Assembly (NCBI GenBank): GCA_965198235.1
Contig: OZ240248.1
Span: 2,848,001-2,912,000 of the forward strand
Source of the DNA: Candidatus Poribacteria bacterium
GTDB lineage: Bacteria; Poribacteria; WGA-4E; WGA-3G
Reading direction: 5' to 3'
DNA: 64,000 bases
The notes beneath the pieces were generated by a model that did not search any database, was not told the origin of the DNA, and saw only the letters and a list, made by a program, of their open reading frames with translations. The position numbers and the translations under genes were made by a program. Below, piece by piece: positions 1-10,383 of this stretch; within the stretch, counting starts at the first letter, position 1; the number at the start of each line of letters is the position of its first letter.

Positions 1-1436
1 AAGTATGCTCGCGTGCCAAGCCCTCGATCACACCCAATCCAAATGGCTGTCGGTGAAGAGGTTTCCGATGAACCCACACCCTCTTGCTGATGGCTGATGG
101 CTTCTTTGGCAAAATCTATGGATGTGATGTACGGAGTTGGCAGCCCATCTTTCCTGGAAATGATTTCCCAGTTACGCGTTTGAGGAGAGTAAATCGAAAT
201 CCCTGCGACCGTTGCCATCCAAAGGTTCCCATCGGGATCACGCGTTAGATAGCGGACATCGTTATCTGCAAGAAAATCGGCTTGCTTGTAGATGGTCCAC
301 TCGCCACTCACTTTATCAAATCGGCTCACCCCATCTTCCTTACTACCAAACCAAACATCGTTACCTTGTGTCGTAATCCAACTCACATGATTGCTGGACA
401 ATCCATCTGCCTTGGTGTAGTGCACCCACGTATTGACGGGCTTAATGAATCGATGTACGCCCGCATTGGCAGTTCCAAACCAAACCTGAAACCCATCAGC
501 GCGGATACAGGTGATCATATTACTTTTCAGCAGATCCGTTTTCGTATATGTTTTGATGAACGTCTGGTCAACTTGATTGTACTGACTGACACCCTCCTTC
601 TGGGTGCCAAACCAAACGCTGTCATCGTCCACCGCAATCGTAGCAATCTCGCTGTCTATCAAACCATCTGATTTCGTATAGTTATTCCAAGAATCGGTAT
701 CTCGATGGTAGCGACTTACCCCGCCTCTGCTGAACCTCGGATCTTCATCCCATCCATGCTCATCCGGATTTATTTCCCTGTCGGTGCCGACCCAGACGTA
801 CTCTGGCTCGACCGCGATTGTTGTAATTACTTTACTGACTAAGCCGTCTTTCCGGGTACGCACCGCCCAACTGTCAATCGTTTTGTCATAACGGTTCAAC
901 CCGTCGGATGTTCCAAACCAGACGTAATTCCCGTCCACCGCAATAGAGGAGACCTCGTCGCTCGCCAAACCATCAATGGTTCGGAAGGTTGCAAAGGTGT
1001 TTGTCTGCATATCGTAACGGCTCACACCTTCATCCGTGGCGAACCAGACCCATTGCCCATCAACTGCGACGGCATTTACCATATCGTTCGCTAATCCGTC
1101 TTCCATCGTATAGTGTAGCCACTTATCCTGGTGGCGGTCCCAACGAGAAACGCCCCGCGCTGTCGCAATCCATACATTGTCTAAATCCGCAGCAACACAG
1201 TTGACCTCGTTGCTGACGAGCGTCCGTTCCACGGGCCACATCTTTGCAGACCCCGCATCTGTTTGGGAACCTTCATAAGGAACTCCAGATTGTGGATCGG
1301 TGGTTATCAACGGTCCACACCCCACAATCATAAAAAAGGACAGCAGCAATAAGGCACATGCTATCGAAGCAGCGTACAAAGGTCGGCATTTGAGTCCGGC
1401 ATTCCAAGGCTTACTTTCATCTGTTCGCTTCATCAT
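1..1436 (-). CDS. Secreted/lipoprotein beta-propeller (two-component regulator propeller-like repeats), runs off the window start
   Basis: Manual minus-strand translation from ATG 1436: MMKRTDESKPWN...LLLLSFFMIVG-C (lipobox-like), then repeats such as GLANDMVNAVAVDGQWVWFATDEGVSRYD. Both ends read in frame; absent from the ORF track, consistent with no stop in the window. Confidence 0.8.
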   Translation of the reverse strand, partial: MMKRTDESKPWNAGLKCRPLYAASIACALLLLSFFMIVGCGPLITTDPQSGVPYEGSQTDAGSAKMWPVERTLVSNEVNCVAADLDNVWIATARGVSRWDRHQDKWLHYTMEDGLANDMVNAVAVDGQWVWFATDEGVSRYDMQTNTFATFRTIDGLASDEVSSIAVDGNYVWFGTSDGLNRYDKTIDSWAVRTRKDGLVSKVITTIAVEPEYVWVGTDREINPDEHGWDEDPRFSRGGVSRYHRDTDSWNNYTKSDGLIDSEIATIAVDDDSVWFGTQKEGVSQYNQVDQTFIKTYTKTDLLKSNMITCIRADGFQVWFGTANAGVHRFIKPVNTWVHYTKADGLSSNHVSWITTQGNDVWFGSKEDGVSRFDKVSGEWTIYKQADFLADNDVRYLTRDPDGNLWMATVAGISIYSPQTRNWEIISRKDGLPTPYITSIDFAKEAISHQQEGVGSSETSSPTAIWIGCDRGLGTRAY

Positions 1437-1744
1437 TTCCACCGTTTCCCTTTCACTTAAGTTTGCGTCTCGCAATCTTAAGACTGTTTTCACCATTTTG
1501 TTTCTATTATGCCATAAAAACACTGCATAAGCAAGAAAAGCGCAATTACGGACAGGTTCATTTAACCATCAACATCTCGATTCAGCGATCGCTCTTGCCG
1601 ATCGTCGCTGATTCTCTCACAAAAATCCATCACGGGCCCTTATAACTATGTGACGTATATCATCGGAGCATCCCTTAAAAAAAGTTACCACAAATGTGAT
1701 GTCACCTCTAAACAATTTTGAAGTGTGCACCCATTAAAAAGTAT

Positions 1745-1773
1745 TTGACAAAAATCCCTTGATGCCCTACAGT
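1745..1773 (+). promoter_or_regulatory. sigma70-type promoter of amidohydrolase
   Basis: TTGACA-17-TACAGT, followed by GGAGG RBS before ATG 1831. Confidence 0.6.
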
Positions 1774-1830
1774 AGACTCCAAGAGGCAGACCGAACGATT
1801 TGAATTGACGATAGAGATGGAGGTATTCCT

Positions 1831-2856
1831 ATGCCATTTGGAGACAATGACTGGCTCGCTTTAACCGAGGAGCCGACACTGGAACCGGAGATGCCGATCT
1901 GTGATCCGCACCACCATTTTTGGGATTTCCGAACCGAGCGTATCCCTTATCAACGGTATCTACTCCACGAGTTGATCGCGGACATTGACAGTGGGCACAA
2001 CGTGCGCTCTACCGTGTTTGTTGAGGCAAGAGCAATGTACCGAGCCGATGGACCGGAGGAGATGCGTCCTGTCGGTGAAGTCGAATTCGTGCAAGGATTG
2101 GCAGCTGCGAGCGCGAGTGGTTTATACGGCGAAAGTCGTGCTGCCGCGGCGATCGTCGGACACGCCAACCTGAACTTGGGTGAACGCGTCGAGCCGGTCT
2201 TAGAAGCCTTACAGGCAGCAAGCCCGAATCGGTTTCGGGGTATCCGCCATTCTGCCACCTGGGATCCCCATCCGGAGATAGAAGAAGCTTCCGTTTACAG
2301 AAAAGAGGGGCAACTGGCGCGTGAAGATTTCCGTGCCGGTGCACGGGTGCTGGCAGGCATGGGCATGTCTTTTGAGGCTTGGATGTATTTCCCACAACTC
2401 CCTGAACTCGCTGATTTCGCGAGAGCAGTGCCCGACTTGACAATTATCTCAAACCATATCGGCGGTTTGCTGCGGGTCGGTCCCTATGGTGGCAGAGATG
2501 ACGAAGTGTTGGCGAATTGGCGAAACGGTATCGCCGCAGTAGCGGCTTGTCCGAACGTTCACATGAAACTCGGAGGCATCGGAATGCCGCGCACCGGTTT
2601 CGATTGGCATGAACGGGAACAGCCGATCGGTTCTGAAGAGTTAGCCGAGTCTATGGCACCCTTTATGAATTACTGTATTGAGCAGTTCGGTCCAGAGCGG
2701 TGCATGTTTGAAAGCAACTTCCCAGTTGACAAGGTTTCGTTCTCCTACAACGTGATGTATAATGCGTTCAAACGGTTGTCATCTGGGTATTCGGACGATG
2801 AACGCGCCGCGCTGTTCCACGATACTGCTGCTCGTGTGTACCGGATAGAGGTTTGA
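1831..2856 (+). CDS. Amidohydrolase_2 family metal-dependent hydrolase (lactonase-like)
   Basis: DPHHH metal motif, NHIGG, FESNFPVD, ALFHDTAARVY. Confidence 0.9.
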   Translation: MPFGDNDWLALTEEPTLEPEMPICDPHHHFWDFRTERIPYQRYLLHELIADIDSGHNVRSTVFVEARAMYRADGPEEMRPVGEVEFVQGLAAASASGLYGESRAAAAIVGHANLNLGERVEPVLEALQAASPNRFRGIRHSATWDPHPEIEEASVYRKEGQLAREDFRAGARVLAGMGMSFEAWMYFPQLPELADFARAVPDLTIISNHIGGLLRVGPYGGRDDEVLANWRNGIAAVAACPNVHMKLGGIGMPRTGFDWHEREQPIGSEELAESMAPFMNYCIEQFGPERCMFESNFPVDKVSFSYNVMYNAFKRLSSGYSDDERAALFHDTAARVYRIEV

Positions 2857-2905
2857 GAAAGCGTGAAAGCGTCTAATCCTGCACATCCGCAATTTGGAGA
2901 GATGA

Positions 2906-3163
2906 CTAATAGACATCGCTCCGGTGCCCAACTTCATGCACAAAAACCTCTTGGGTACTTGCCTTGAAAGAATATAGGACTCGGTAATCTTTGGCAACTG
3001 TTAGACTGAATTTGCCTCTGTGTATACCTTTCAGTGCCTTTTTGGGGTGTTCATCCCAATTTGCACATAACTTTTCCAGTTTTTCGAGGACTCGAGCCCG
3101 GATTGTGGGATGTAAACGCCGTATATCCGATCTCGCCCGGGATTTTAGCGTTAACGTGTACAT
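2906..3163 (-). CDS. Type II toxin, RelE/ParE family
   Basis: 85 aa basic protein with DYRVLY...VHEVGHRSDVY; overlaps the upstream acidic gene. Confidence 0.85.
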   Translation of the reverse strand: MYTLTLKSRARSDIRRLHPTIRARVLEKLEKLCANWDEHPKKALKGIHRGKFSLTVAKDYRVLYSFKASTQEVFVHEVGHRSDVY

Positions 3164-3846
3164 TTCAATTTTATCCCGAACTCTTTGGCAACCTCTTCAA
3201 GTGGAATCAGTTTTGCTGTTCCTGCTTCGATCTCCGCTATGCTTTGATCAATCCTCTCAATAACTTCTGGGCGAAACTCCAATTCTTCGTCCGGATCGTA
3301 GTGGTAGTCCTCAAAGGCGACCTCCAAGAGTTCATAAGCGACGTAAAGTTCTCGAAATGCCAGATCCAACGCCTGATCTGTCGGATTCCGCTTAAGTAAC
3401 GCGACGAGCCGCTCCCGTACCGGGAAGAGCTCTTCGGTGACAAGGGAGTGGAGCAGCGTTCGGTATTCATCGGGTGGCAACTCGGCGATTTTCTTCTCTG
3501 GCATCGGATCGCTATTTAGGTAAATTCCCATCCGTCTGAAGTTACGCTCTTTGAGCGTTGTTTTCCGGTTGGCGAGAATATATTCACGTTGTCGTTTTAG
3601 TTTTTTGGCGAGCGGTGTATCTGGTGTAAGCCCTTTAAGTGGGTCTTCCTCGTAGTCCTCTAACCAATAGGCGAAATCCACGTAGTCACCCTGAAAATGA
3701 AAGAATTCTGCCTCCAATGCCTCTTGCGGGCTATTTTTTTTCAGCAATGCTGCAAGGCGTTCCCGCGATTTAAACAACTCTTCGTTGACGAGCGTGTGGA
3801 GCAACTCGCGGAGTTCGGTAGGGTTCATTTCGGTAATATTTTTCAT
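3151..3846 (-). CDS. Putative antitoxin with internally duplicated domain
   Basis: Acidic, immediately upstream of RelE; antitoxin-like C-terminus (IDQSIAEIEAGTAKLIPLEEVAKEFG); two homologous halves. Confidence 0.7.
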   Translation of the reverse strand: MKNITEMNPTELRELLHTLVNEELFKSRERLAALLKKNSPQEALEAEFFHFQGDYVDFAYWLEDYEEDPLKGLTPDTPLAKKLKRQREYILANRKTTLKERNFRRMGIYLNSDPMPEKKIAELPPDEYRTLLHSLVTEELFPVRERLVALLKRNPTDQALDLAFRELYVAYELLEVAFEDYHYDPDEELEFRPEVIERIDQSIAEIEAGTAKLIPLEEVAKEFGIKLKCTR

Positions 3847-3880
3847 GATGTCCTCCGTATGCTTTACAACCTTAGCGTTA

Positions 3881-3909
3881 AGTATAACACAAAGCCTAAT
3901 TGATGTCCA
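3881..3909 (-). promoter_or_regulatory. sigma70-type promoter of the TA operon
   Basis: Minus strand TGGACA-17-TATACT with extended TG; GGAGG RBS before ATG 3846. Confidence 0.55.
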
Positions 3910-4038
3910 ATACAGAAGCGTTGAATTCGCGTGATCTTAGGCTGCGTAAGAGCGAAAGGCGTATGGTCTTACTATGAAATTCGGTTAATCCCTTTCACAA
4001 AACATGGTATCCTTATACACAAAGAAAGGAGTATCTCA

Positions 4039-4128
4039 ATGGCGAAAAAAGAATCTCGTCGCGTCAAAACATTGAGTGGATTTATGAAGTGGGTTGCCCA
4101 ATTCAACACTCATCTTGAATCAACTTGA
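4039..4128 (+). pseudogene. 5' gene remnant, possibly the N-terminus of an FRG-domain protein
   Basis: Strong AGGAG RBS and ATG, MAKKESRRVKTLSGFMKWVAQFN, then collides with the 3' end of the convergent gene. Confidence 0.35.
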
Positions 4129-6565
4129 ACTTATGCGCCGCCTCTTCCACTCCAACGAAACGGCTATAAATCGCCACGCGACTGAGCTTACCTTCCCAAT
4201 TCCTGCCACCACTCGCTTCATCACCGAACAGCAACGGATAGAGTTCCCAATTGCTGAAATCCCCTTGCGTTCCATTGCTAACGTAGACGAGTTCACCATC
4301 AATATAGCAGTAGACGTTCCGGTCAAAATAACTAACGATGATGTGCATCGGTTTTCCCGATTCAATCTTACCGAAAGAAAACTCGCCACCTAACGCATTC
4401 GTCCCGGTCCTCGGTGTCCGGATTCTCATAGCAAAACGGTTGCCATCTTGTCCCAAAGTAAAGTTACGATGGGTCGCGTCGTTCGAGAACGAGATAATCC
4501 GCGCGGGACCACTCTGATCCAGGTTATCCGTCGTAACGAGACACTCAAGCGTCAATTGGTTGCTTGCCTGACATGCTTCCAGAAGTTTGTCATTCACGCT
4601 TTTGGTGAGGAATGCACCACCAGTGAGATCCATCTGTCCGTCCTCGCCGATTTTCGCATCGCCACGGGGTTCAATTTCCCCACTATCCTCAAGCGCGCCG
4701 TGCCAGAGAAAAACAAGTCCCTCGCGCGAACCGGGGAATTCCGTGTGCGTCCCGATGTCAGCCGGTGCCTCTGGTGATACATGGATCGCAAGGGATGTCG
4801 TTGACGTGTCACCCTCCGGATCCATCACCGTGAGCGTTACGATGTACTGTCCGAGGCTTTCGTAGACGTGCATTGGATTCGATTCGGTGGATGTTGTGCT
4901 GTCTCCAAAATTCCAGTGGTGTGCCAGGTCCCCTGCCGCTGAGAAATTCACTGTAAGCGGGGCACTGCCTTGCAACACATCAGCGGAGGCTTTTGCCTCT
5001 GGACGGAGTTTCTCACCCGGTGAGTATGGCGTAAAGCGATACGCAACCCCGTTATGCGGCGAAGCGAATGTATATACTCCGGGTTGTGCCGTGCCAACAG
5101 GGACAATCTTCATGTTCCACGTATCCACGCGATCGACTTTATAGGGCTGTTCCCCTTTCAAGTCCAGTGTCATCGTTTGTGGTTCGGTTGTGTAGGTAAG
5201 GTAGTATTCTCCATGTTTCGCGAGGATATACCGTCCCTTGTCATCACCGATCGGCTCAAGCGTATCAAAGGCTGGCGCGTTTGCCATAAAGCCCTTGAGG
5301 AACGCGATCCGCGATGGACTTTCACCCCGCAGTACGCCACCTTTCGCCCACCAGAGGAGATCTTCCGGGTGTTTGTATGTCTCTCCATGCCCGACATAGC
5401 ATCCAGAGACCGTTCCAGCCCAGAAGTGCTGGACCATCTCTTCAGCGGTGATATTTCCCCACCCCTGTGGAATATCGCCCTCATAGCGACACTCATCATA
5501 GATAACAGGTTTTCCGTATTGCGTGCGATAGCGGATGCCTTGCGCCATGTTGGACGTTTGGATACTGGTGTGTGTTACCCACGGCTTATTGTGGTCATAC
5601 CAACGTCTGCCGTTGTGAATTCCGCGCAACCGCTGATACGGGTCTTCGCTTTGGATAATCTGGAAAAACCGATCCCAGTCTAATTCCTCTTTCGCAGGCA
5701 TAAAATCGTATTCATTTGCGAGGGACCACCAGACGTTTCGGAACGCCGCCAGTCGCGCAACGGCGTAACGGATGTATCGATCATCGCTTTCAGCATCCAT
5801 ATTCTCGAAATCCCATCGGTCGTAGGTGTGAAAGAGGATGATGTCTGCCTCAATACCGAGGTCCAATAGGTCTTGCACCCGCTGCTCAAAATGATGCCAA
5901 AATTCAGGATTGAATCTGCTGAAATCCCAATTCGTCAGCGGTTTCCCTTCAAATGGATAGTAGATCGGCTCATTTTTATTATAAGCGTAGTCTTTTGGAA
6001 AGATGCACATCCGCATCTTGTTGAACGGTGCCTCGGCGAGAGTTTCGAGCGTCTGTTGCTCCATCGCTTCCCCTTGATGTGCCCAAGCATAACAGGTCGT
6101 TCCGAATTGATGGTAGGGTGTGCCATCGGTATATTGCAAGTAGAAATTTTTATAGACGCTGACAGGTCCGTGGTTTCCATCGGACGGCGCAACGCACATA
6201 AACTGCCCTGTCTTACCGTTGAGTTCAGTGGTGTTACTTTTTGTGGTATAAGTCCATTCACCGACTTCGTTGGGCATAAATCGGATTTTATAAATACCAT
6301 CTCCGTCGTAGAACCCGTGTGGCTCGAACGTCTGTTCCCCATTTGTATCACGGTGTTTAAATTCTGCTGTTAATTCAACCTCAGTGAACGGATTCCCTGT
6401 GCTCGGTCCATTCAAAGCTACTTCATACACTCCCCAGCATTCAACCATATTCACCTCCGATTTTGGCGCAGCTTGCAGGTTTCCAAAACTTGCTGTTAAA
6501 AAGTGCGTGTTTGCGAGCGAAAACGCAACCGCAAAAATCACTATAGGCAAAATGTCCCTCACCAT
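4103..6565 (-). CDS. Secreted glycoside hydrolase-like protein (DUF5060/DUF4038 apiosidase-like catalytic region, PKD, LamG)
   Basis: Signal peptide; GNPFTEVEL, GTTCYAW, WSLANEYD, DECRYEG; PKD motif WNFGD..SNPMHVY; C-terminal LamG (GPARIISFS). GGAGG RBS supports start 6565. Confidence 0.85.
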   Translation of the reverse strand: MVRDILPIVIFAVAFSLANTHFLTASFGNLQAAPKSEVNMVECWGVYEVALNGPSTGNPFTEVELTAEFKHRDTNGEQTFEPHGFYDGDGIYKIRFMPNEVGEWTYTTKSNTTELNGKTGQFMCVAPSDGNHGPVSVYKNFYLQYTDGTPYHQFGTTCYAWAHQGEAMEQQTLETLAEAPFNKMRMCIFPKDYAYNKNEPIYYPFEGKPLTNWDFSRFNPEFWHHFEQRVQDLLDLGIEADIILFHTYDRWDFENMDAESDDRYIRYAVARLAAFRNVWWSLANEYDFMPAKEELDWDRFFQIIQSEDPYQRLRGIHNGRRWYDHNKPWVTHTSIQTSNMAQGIRYRTQYGKPVIYDECRYEGDIPQGWGNITAEEMVQHFWAGTVSGCYVGHGETYKHPEDLLWWAKGGVLRGESPSRIAFLKGFMANAPAFDTLEPIGDDKGRYILAKHGEYYLTYTTEPQTMTLDLKGEQPYKVDRVDTWNMKIVPVGTAQPGVYTFASPHNGVAYRFTPYSPGEKLRPEAKASADVLQGSAPLTVNFSAAGDLAHHWNFGDSTTSTESNPMHVYESLGQYIVTLTVMDPEGDTSTTSLAIHVSPEAPADIGTHTEFPGSREGLVFLWHGALEDSGEIEPRGDAKIGEDGQMDLTGGAFLTKSVNDKLLEACQASNQLTLECLVTTDNLDQSGPARIISFSNDATHRNFTLGQDGNRFAMRIRTPRTGTNALGGEFSFGKIESGKPMHIIVSYFDRNVYCYIDGELVYVSNGTQGDFSNWELYPLLFGDEASGGRNWEGKLSRVAIYSRFVGVEEAAHKFKLIQDEC

Positions 6566-6712
6566 TAAGTGCCTCCATAAGCGCAAAAAAAAGTTGTCAA
6601 TTTCACAGAAAAGTTATATGATATCCATAGAGAACCCCCTGTGTCAGGGTTTAGGTTGCCTCATTATACCAAAGAGGTGCTCTTTCTACCATATTTTTAT
6701 GGAACTCACGTT

Positions 6713-6836
6713 TTATAGTAAAGCCCGAAAATATGTAGACAGTTGCTCAGTTTCCAACGAACCCCGCACCACCGCTGGCAAGGTTTCCTAACCTCGCCTA
6801 CTGCCAATGTCCAAGTAATTATAGGCTTTACTATAA
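6713..6836. repeat. MITE-like element with 13-bp terminal inverted repeats
   Basis: TTATAGTAAAGCC ... GGCTTTACTATAA; internal REP-like hairpin GGCAAGGTTTCCTAACCTCGCC. Confidence 0.7.
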
Positions 6837-6951
6837 TGGAAAGATCCATTTCGTACTGTTGCGTGGCTCCGGTGAGCCATTTTCCAAAGCAGGTGTCGAA
6901 TTAGTGACCGTATATGATGCCCTATATGCTGAAGATAGAAAGGATATTCAA

Positions 6952-8097
6952 ATGATTTATCAATCTCTGGCTGAAGTGCGGAAAACGCTCTATGTAAAAT
7001 GGTACCGGAGCAAAGTAGACCCCACAACCTTACGGAATCTATCAAAACGAAGCGACTTGCAAGGCTGGTTTCAGGCAGGCGGACATCTTGCCCTCTGGCT
7101 ATTGACGGGTAGTTTGGTCTATCTCTTTTGGTCGCAAGCGATGTGGCTCGGCTTTTTCATTGCCCTATTTGTGCATGGCACGGTCGCCAGTTTTTTTAAA
7201 GGGACAGCCAATCACGAATTGGGACACGGCACCGTATTTCGTACCAAGTGGCTGAACAAATTTTTTCTTTACCTGCTTAGCCTCATAAGTTGGTGGGATC
7301 ATTTTGACTACGCCAGTAGCCATACCTATCATCATCGCTACACGTTATACCCAGAAGGGGATCGAGAAAACCTTCTCCCGCTTGAACCAAAGCTGGGTTC
7401 CCTGTTCGTTCTTCAACTGTTTACCATAAATTTGCTCACGCAACCCGGTCGCACCTTCAGCAAAGGCGGTCTTATTGCTGCGGTTATTTGCACCCTCCGT
7501 AGTGCCTTTGGCAAAGAAGGACCGCCAGACATTCCCAGTCAGGAGTGGCTGGCATCATTACATGTCGACCAACCCGAAGAGCATAAAAGTTCGATGTGGT
7601 GGTCTCGGATTCTACTCCTTTTTCACGGTACCCTGCTTGTCGTTTCACTCGCCACAGGTTATTGGGTTTTTCCGCTCATCATTACTGCCAGCGCATTTAT
7701 TGCAAACTGGGGATCCTACGCCGTTTCTATGCCCCAACATTGTGGTTTAAAAGAAAATGACCCTGACTTCCGCAAATGCGCACGGTCAATCCAGCTCAAT
7801 CCCGTGGCAGAGTTTTTGTATTGGCGTATGAATTGGCACATTGAGCATCATATGTTTGCAGGAGTGCCCTGCTACAATTTGAAAAAATTGCATCATCTAA
7901 TTGCCGAAGATATGCCCAAACCGCGCACGCTTTTAGGAGCTTGGCGAGAAATGCGCGAAACGTGGCAACGACAGAAAGCTGATCCTGACTACTTTTTTGA
8001 TACGCTGCTTCCGCCAACGGCTAAGCATATACCCCCCGAAGTATCCGATATTCTGGAAAGTTCCATTGGGGAATTGGCACCTAAAGGCTTAAAATAA
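6952..8097 (+). CDS. Membrane fatty-acid desaturase superfamily protein
   Basis: Three His boxes HELGH, HTYHH, HIEHH; hydrophobic helices; start moved to MIYQSL after an AGGA RBS. Confidence 0.85.
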   Translation: MIYQSLAEVRKTLYVKWYRSKVDPTTLRNLSKRSDLQGWFQAGGHLALWLLTGSLVYLFWSQAMWLGFFIALFVHGTVASFFKGTANHELGHGTVFRTKWLNKFFLYLLSLISWWDHFDYASSHTYHHRYTLYPEGDRENLLPLEPKLGSLFVLQLFTINLLTQPGRTFSKGGLIAAVICTLRSAFGKEGPPDIPSQEWLASLHVDQPEEHKSSMWWSRILLLFHGTLLVVSLATGYWVFPLIITASAFIANWGSYAVSMPQHCGLKENDPDFRKCARSIQLNPVAEFLYWRMNWHIEHHMFAGVPCYNLKKLHHLIAEDMPKPRTLLGAWREMRETWQRQKADPDYFFDTLLPPTAKHIPPEVSDILESSIGELAPKGLK

Positions 8098-8140
8098 GGA
8101 GCCTATAAAAACGTGAGTTCGATAAAAAAATAGGAGAGTA

Positions 8141-9088
8141 TTATCTTCTCGGTGGTTTAATCATTAGATTTTCAATGATACGTACAAACTCGCTATCTGA
8201 TAACCGAACTTCCAAATAAGACCGGAAACCGGATTTCATCTCCCATTCATACCCATTCGATAATCTGCCTTTGCCTTCTGTAACCCCAGTGAAATAGTCC
8301 CCAAGCCCCCGCACACCGTATAAGACTGCAAGTTGGTCCCAACTGGAGCGTCCCTTGTACTGCCCGTTGAATCGCTGATAAAACGCCTCCCTCACAGGAT
8401 TTTCAGCAGGTGTCTCTGAGAGCCTCGCTCCAGTATGGACAGACTCTCCGTGCTGGCTGATAACAAGCGGTGTGGGCCAATTGTGGATAACATACTCCGA
8501 CTTATCAATCAGACCGTGACGAACCGTGTTGTAAGGATCGTCGATAAGCACCGCCATCACCACGAGTTGGGTAACCTTTTGGGCAACGAGGTCAGGATCG
8601 GCTTTCAGGAGATCGTAGAGATTGTTGAGAAACCCGACGCTGATAATCGTCACTGAGTTATCCGATTGTTCACTCAGCACTTGTAGATAAAGCTCCAAAG
8701 AACTGGGTGTTGGAATGGTCGGGAGATTATGTGGAAAATTAGCCGCGATGCCATCCAAATAACTCGATTCATCAGGATTGGCGAGATCGCCCTTATAAAC
8801 ACCAATGGGAATGTCACCCCGGTTGTACCATGTATTTATCGCACAAATGGTGCCAGCACCTCTCGGATGTACTTCATTGAAACTGATCGCGAGGATTTCA
8901 GCTTCTCCGTTATCTGCAAGCGCGTGCAGCACAGCCAATGCCCCGACATCATCTACGTCGGTACACATATCGGTCTCAAATATTATCTTTTTCGGATTCA
9001 TTTTCTCAGTACCTTCTGCGAGCAAATTGGATGGTGTCATTATCATAGTAAAAACCGTCAATAGTGTCACAAGATACGAAACTTTCAA
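8141..9088 (-). CDS. Exported nucleoside hydrolase family protein
   Basis: FETDMCTDVDD Asp cluster, SWDQ motif, signal peptide. Confidence 0.85.
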   Translation of the reverse strand: MKVSYLVTLLTVFTMIMTPSNLLAEGTEKMNPKKIIFETDMCTDVDDVGALAVLHALADNGEAEILAISFNEVHPRGAGTICAINTWYNRGDIPIGVYKGDLANPDESSYLDGIAANFPHNLPTIPTPSSLELYLQVLSEQSDNSVTIISVGFLNNLYDLLKADPDLVAQKVTQLVVMAVLIDDPYNTVRHGLIDKSEYVIHNWPTPLVISQHGESVHTGARLSETPAENPVREAFYQRFNGQYKGRSSWDQLAVLYGVRGLGDYFTGVTEGKGRLSNGYEWEMKSGFRSYLEVRLSDSEFVRIIENLMIKPPRR

Positions 9089-9597
9089 AGTTTGCTCCTA
9101 ATAAAGGAAGAATGAGTCCTGCATTTATGCCCTGGCACTGTCAGTCCCCTCGAAACACGTTCGTGTGCTTCCTCTAAAAGTCGCTCACACTTCGCTTTAT
9201 TGTAGGCATAGGGGAAAGATGGCAGAGGCTCCCACGCTGCGTCCTCACGAATAGGGTAGTGCCGCGCAGGTTTCGTATAAACATCGACTGTACTACAAAA
9301 AATGAATTGCCCAATACTGCCGCGAAACGCACGTATTGCACTCTCAATATCAGCGGGAACAAAACCGATCATGTCGATGACAGCGTCGAAATTCCCTGCT
9401 TCCGCCATCTGTGCTTCAAAAACCGCGTAGTCTTTCCGATTGCCAATAATGGTGTCATACCCCTCTGGAATATCAGCCTCAGTCTGTCCACGGTTGTAGA
9501 GTGTCACATCGTCCCCACGCACAATGAGGGCGCGAGTAATTACCGTGCTAATCAGTCCCGTGCCACCAATAATCAAAACCCGCATGAATGTCTCCAA
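9085..9597 (-). pseudogene. 3'-truncated NAD-dependent epimerase/dehydratase
   Basis: GGTGLIS, CSTVDVY, YAYNK motifs, but family similarity appears to stop near residue 146; only 170 aa. Confidence 0.75.
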
Positions 9598-9810
9598 TCT
9601 CCTTGAAAGATGAAAATTTCTTTCTACTGTTCAGTATACACGGTAGGTGCAGTTTGCAGCTGCATCAGGTTAAAATTCAGATTTATTTCAAATCATGCAC
9701 TTTTTCCAGTCCGAAATTGTGTCCTTAACGAACAATCAATTATATTGGAAAATTAACGAATGTCAAGAGATTCTGTGTTTTGCGATACTATTAATTAATC
9801 ATATTTGTTG

Positions 9811-9921
9811 GCAAATTCCGTGCCGATTTGAATGATACCACACTCGAAACCTTTGGCAAAGTCCTGAGAAAAACCGCACGAAATAGGGCATCCCTTATGT
9901 CCAATTGCACGAAATAGGGCA
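9811..9921 (-). promoter_or_regulatory. sigma54 promoter with tandem upstream activator-like sites
   Basis: Minus strand CGGCACGGAATTTGC (9825-9811); two copies of GCACGAAATAGGGCA at 9876 and 9907, 31 bp apart. Confidence 0.7.
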
Positions 9922-10223
9922 GGTTTGATTCATCGTTGTACTTTATGGTGAATTATCAAATATATAGACAAATGGTAGGGACATCCCTTGTGGGTGTCCG
10001 TGAAAACGCCCATTCATAGTGTATCGTTAATTGTAAAATCTACTGTAGTTTTCAGGCATCATAAACATACTGCTCCCACAAGACTAAAGAATTACGAGGT
10101 TAAAGACCTCGGCATCGAAAAGAGGGATGCGACTTTTGAACAAAACTGTCCAGAAAAGGTGTCTAATTGGTTAGAATTGTGAGAATTTGTCGTTCAAACG
10201 CGATTTCGCACCTGAATTATCGT

Positions 10224-10238
10224 TGGCATGAAAATTGC
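10224..10238 (+). promoter_or_regulatory. sigma54 -24/-12 promoter
   Basis: TGGCATGAAAATTGC upstream of the lipoprotein-LamG pair. Confidence 0.6.
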
Positions 10239-10383
10239 TCCCTATGCTTTAAATGCTACGAATCAATCTGGGAGAGCCTTCCTCCTTGGAAATATATGGA
10301 GCGATGCAATAGGCTTTCCCGCATCTCAATTGCTGCATCGCTCCAATTATAAATCCGAAACACCGTGTGTAAGGAGAACAATC

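Noticed and set aside
282-1645. Short plus-strand ORFs
   Set aside because: Mostly shadows of the minus-strand propeller gene that the ORF track omits.
1649-1664. CRP/FNR-like TGTGA-N6-TCATC site
   Set aside because: Weak second half-site and a single occurrence.
9876-9921. Direct repeat as a possible mini-CRISPR
   Set aside because: Only two 15-bp units with a 16-bp gap and no cas genes; better explained as activator sites.
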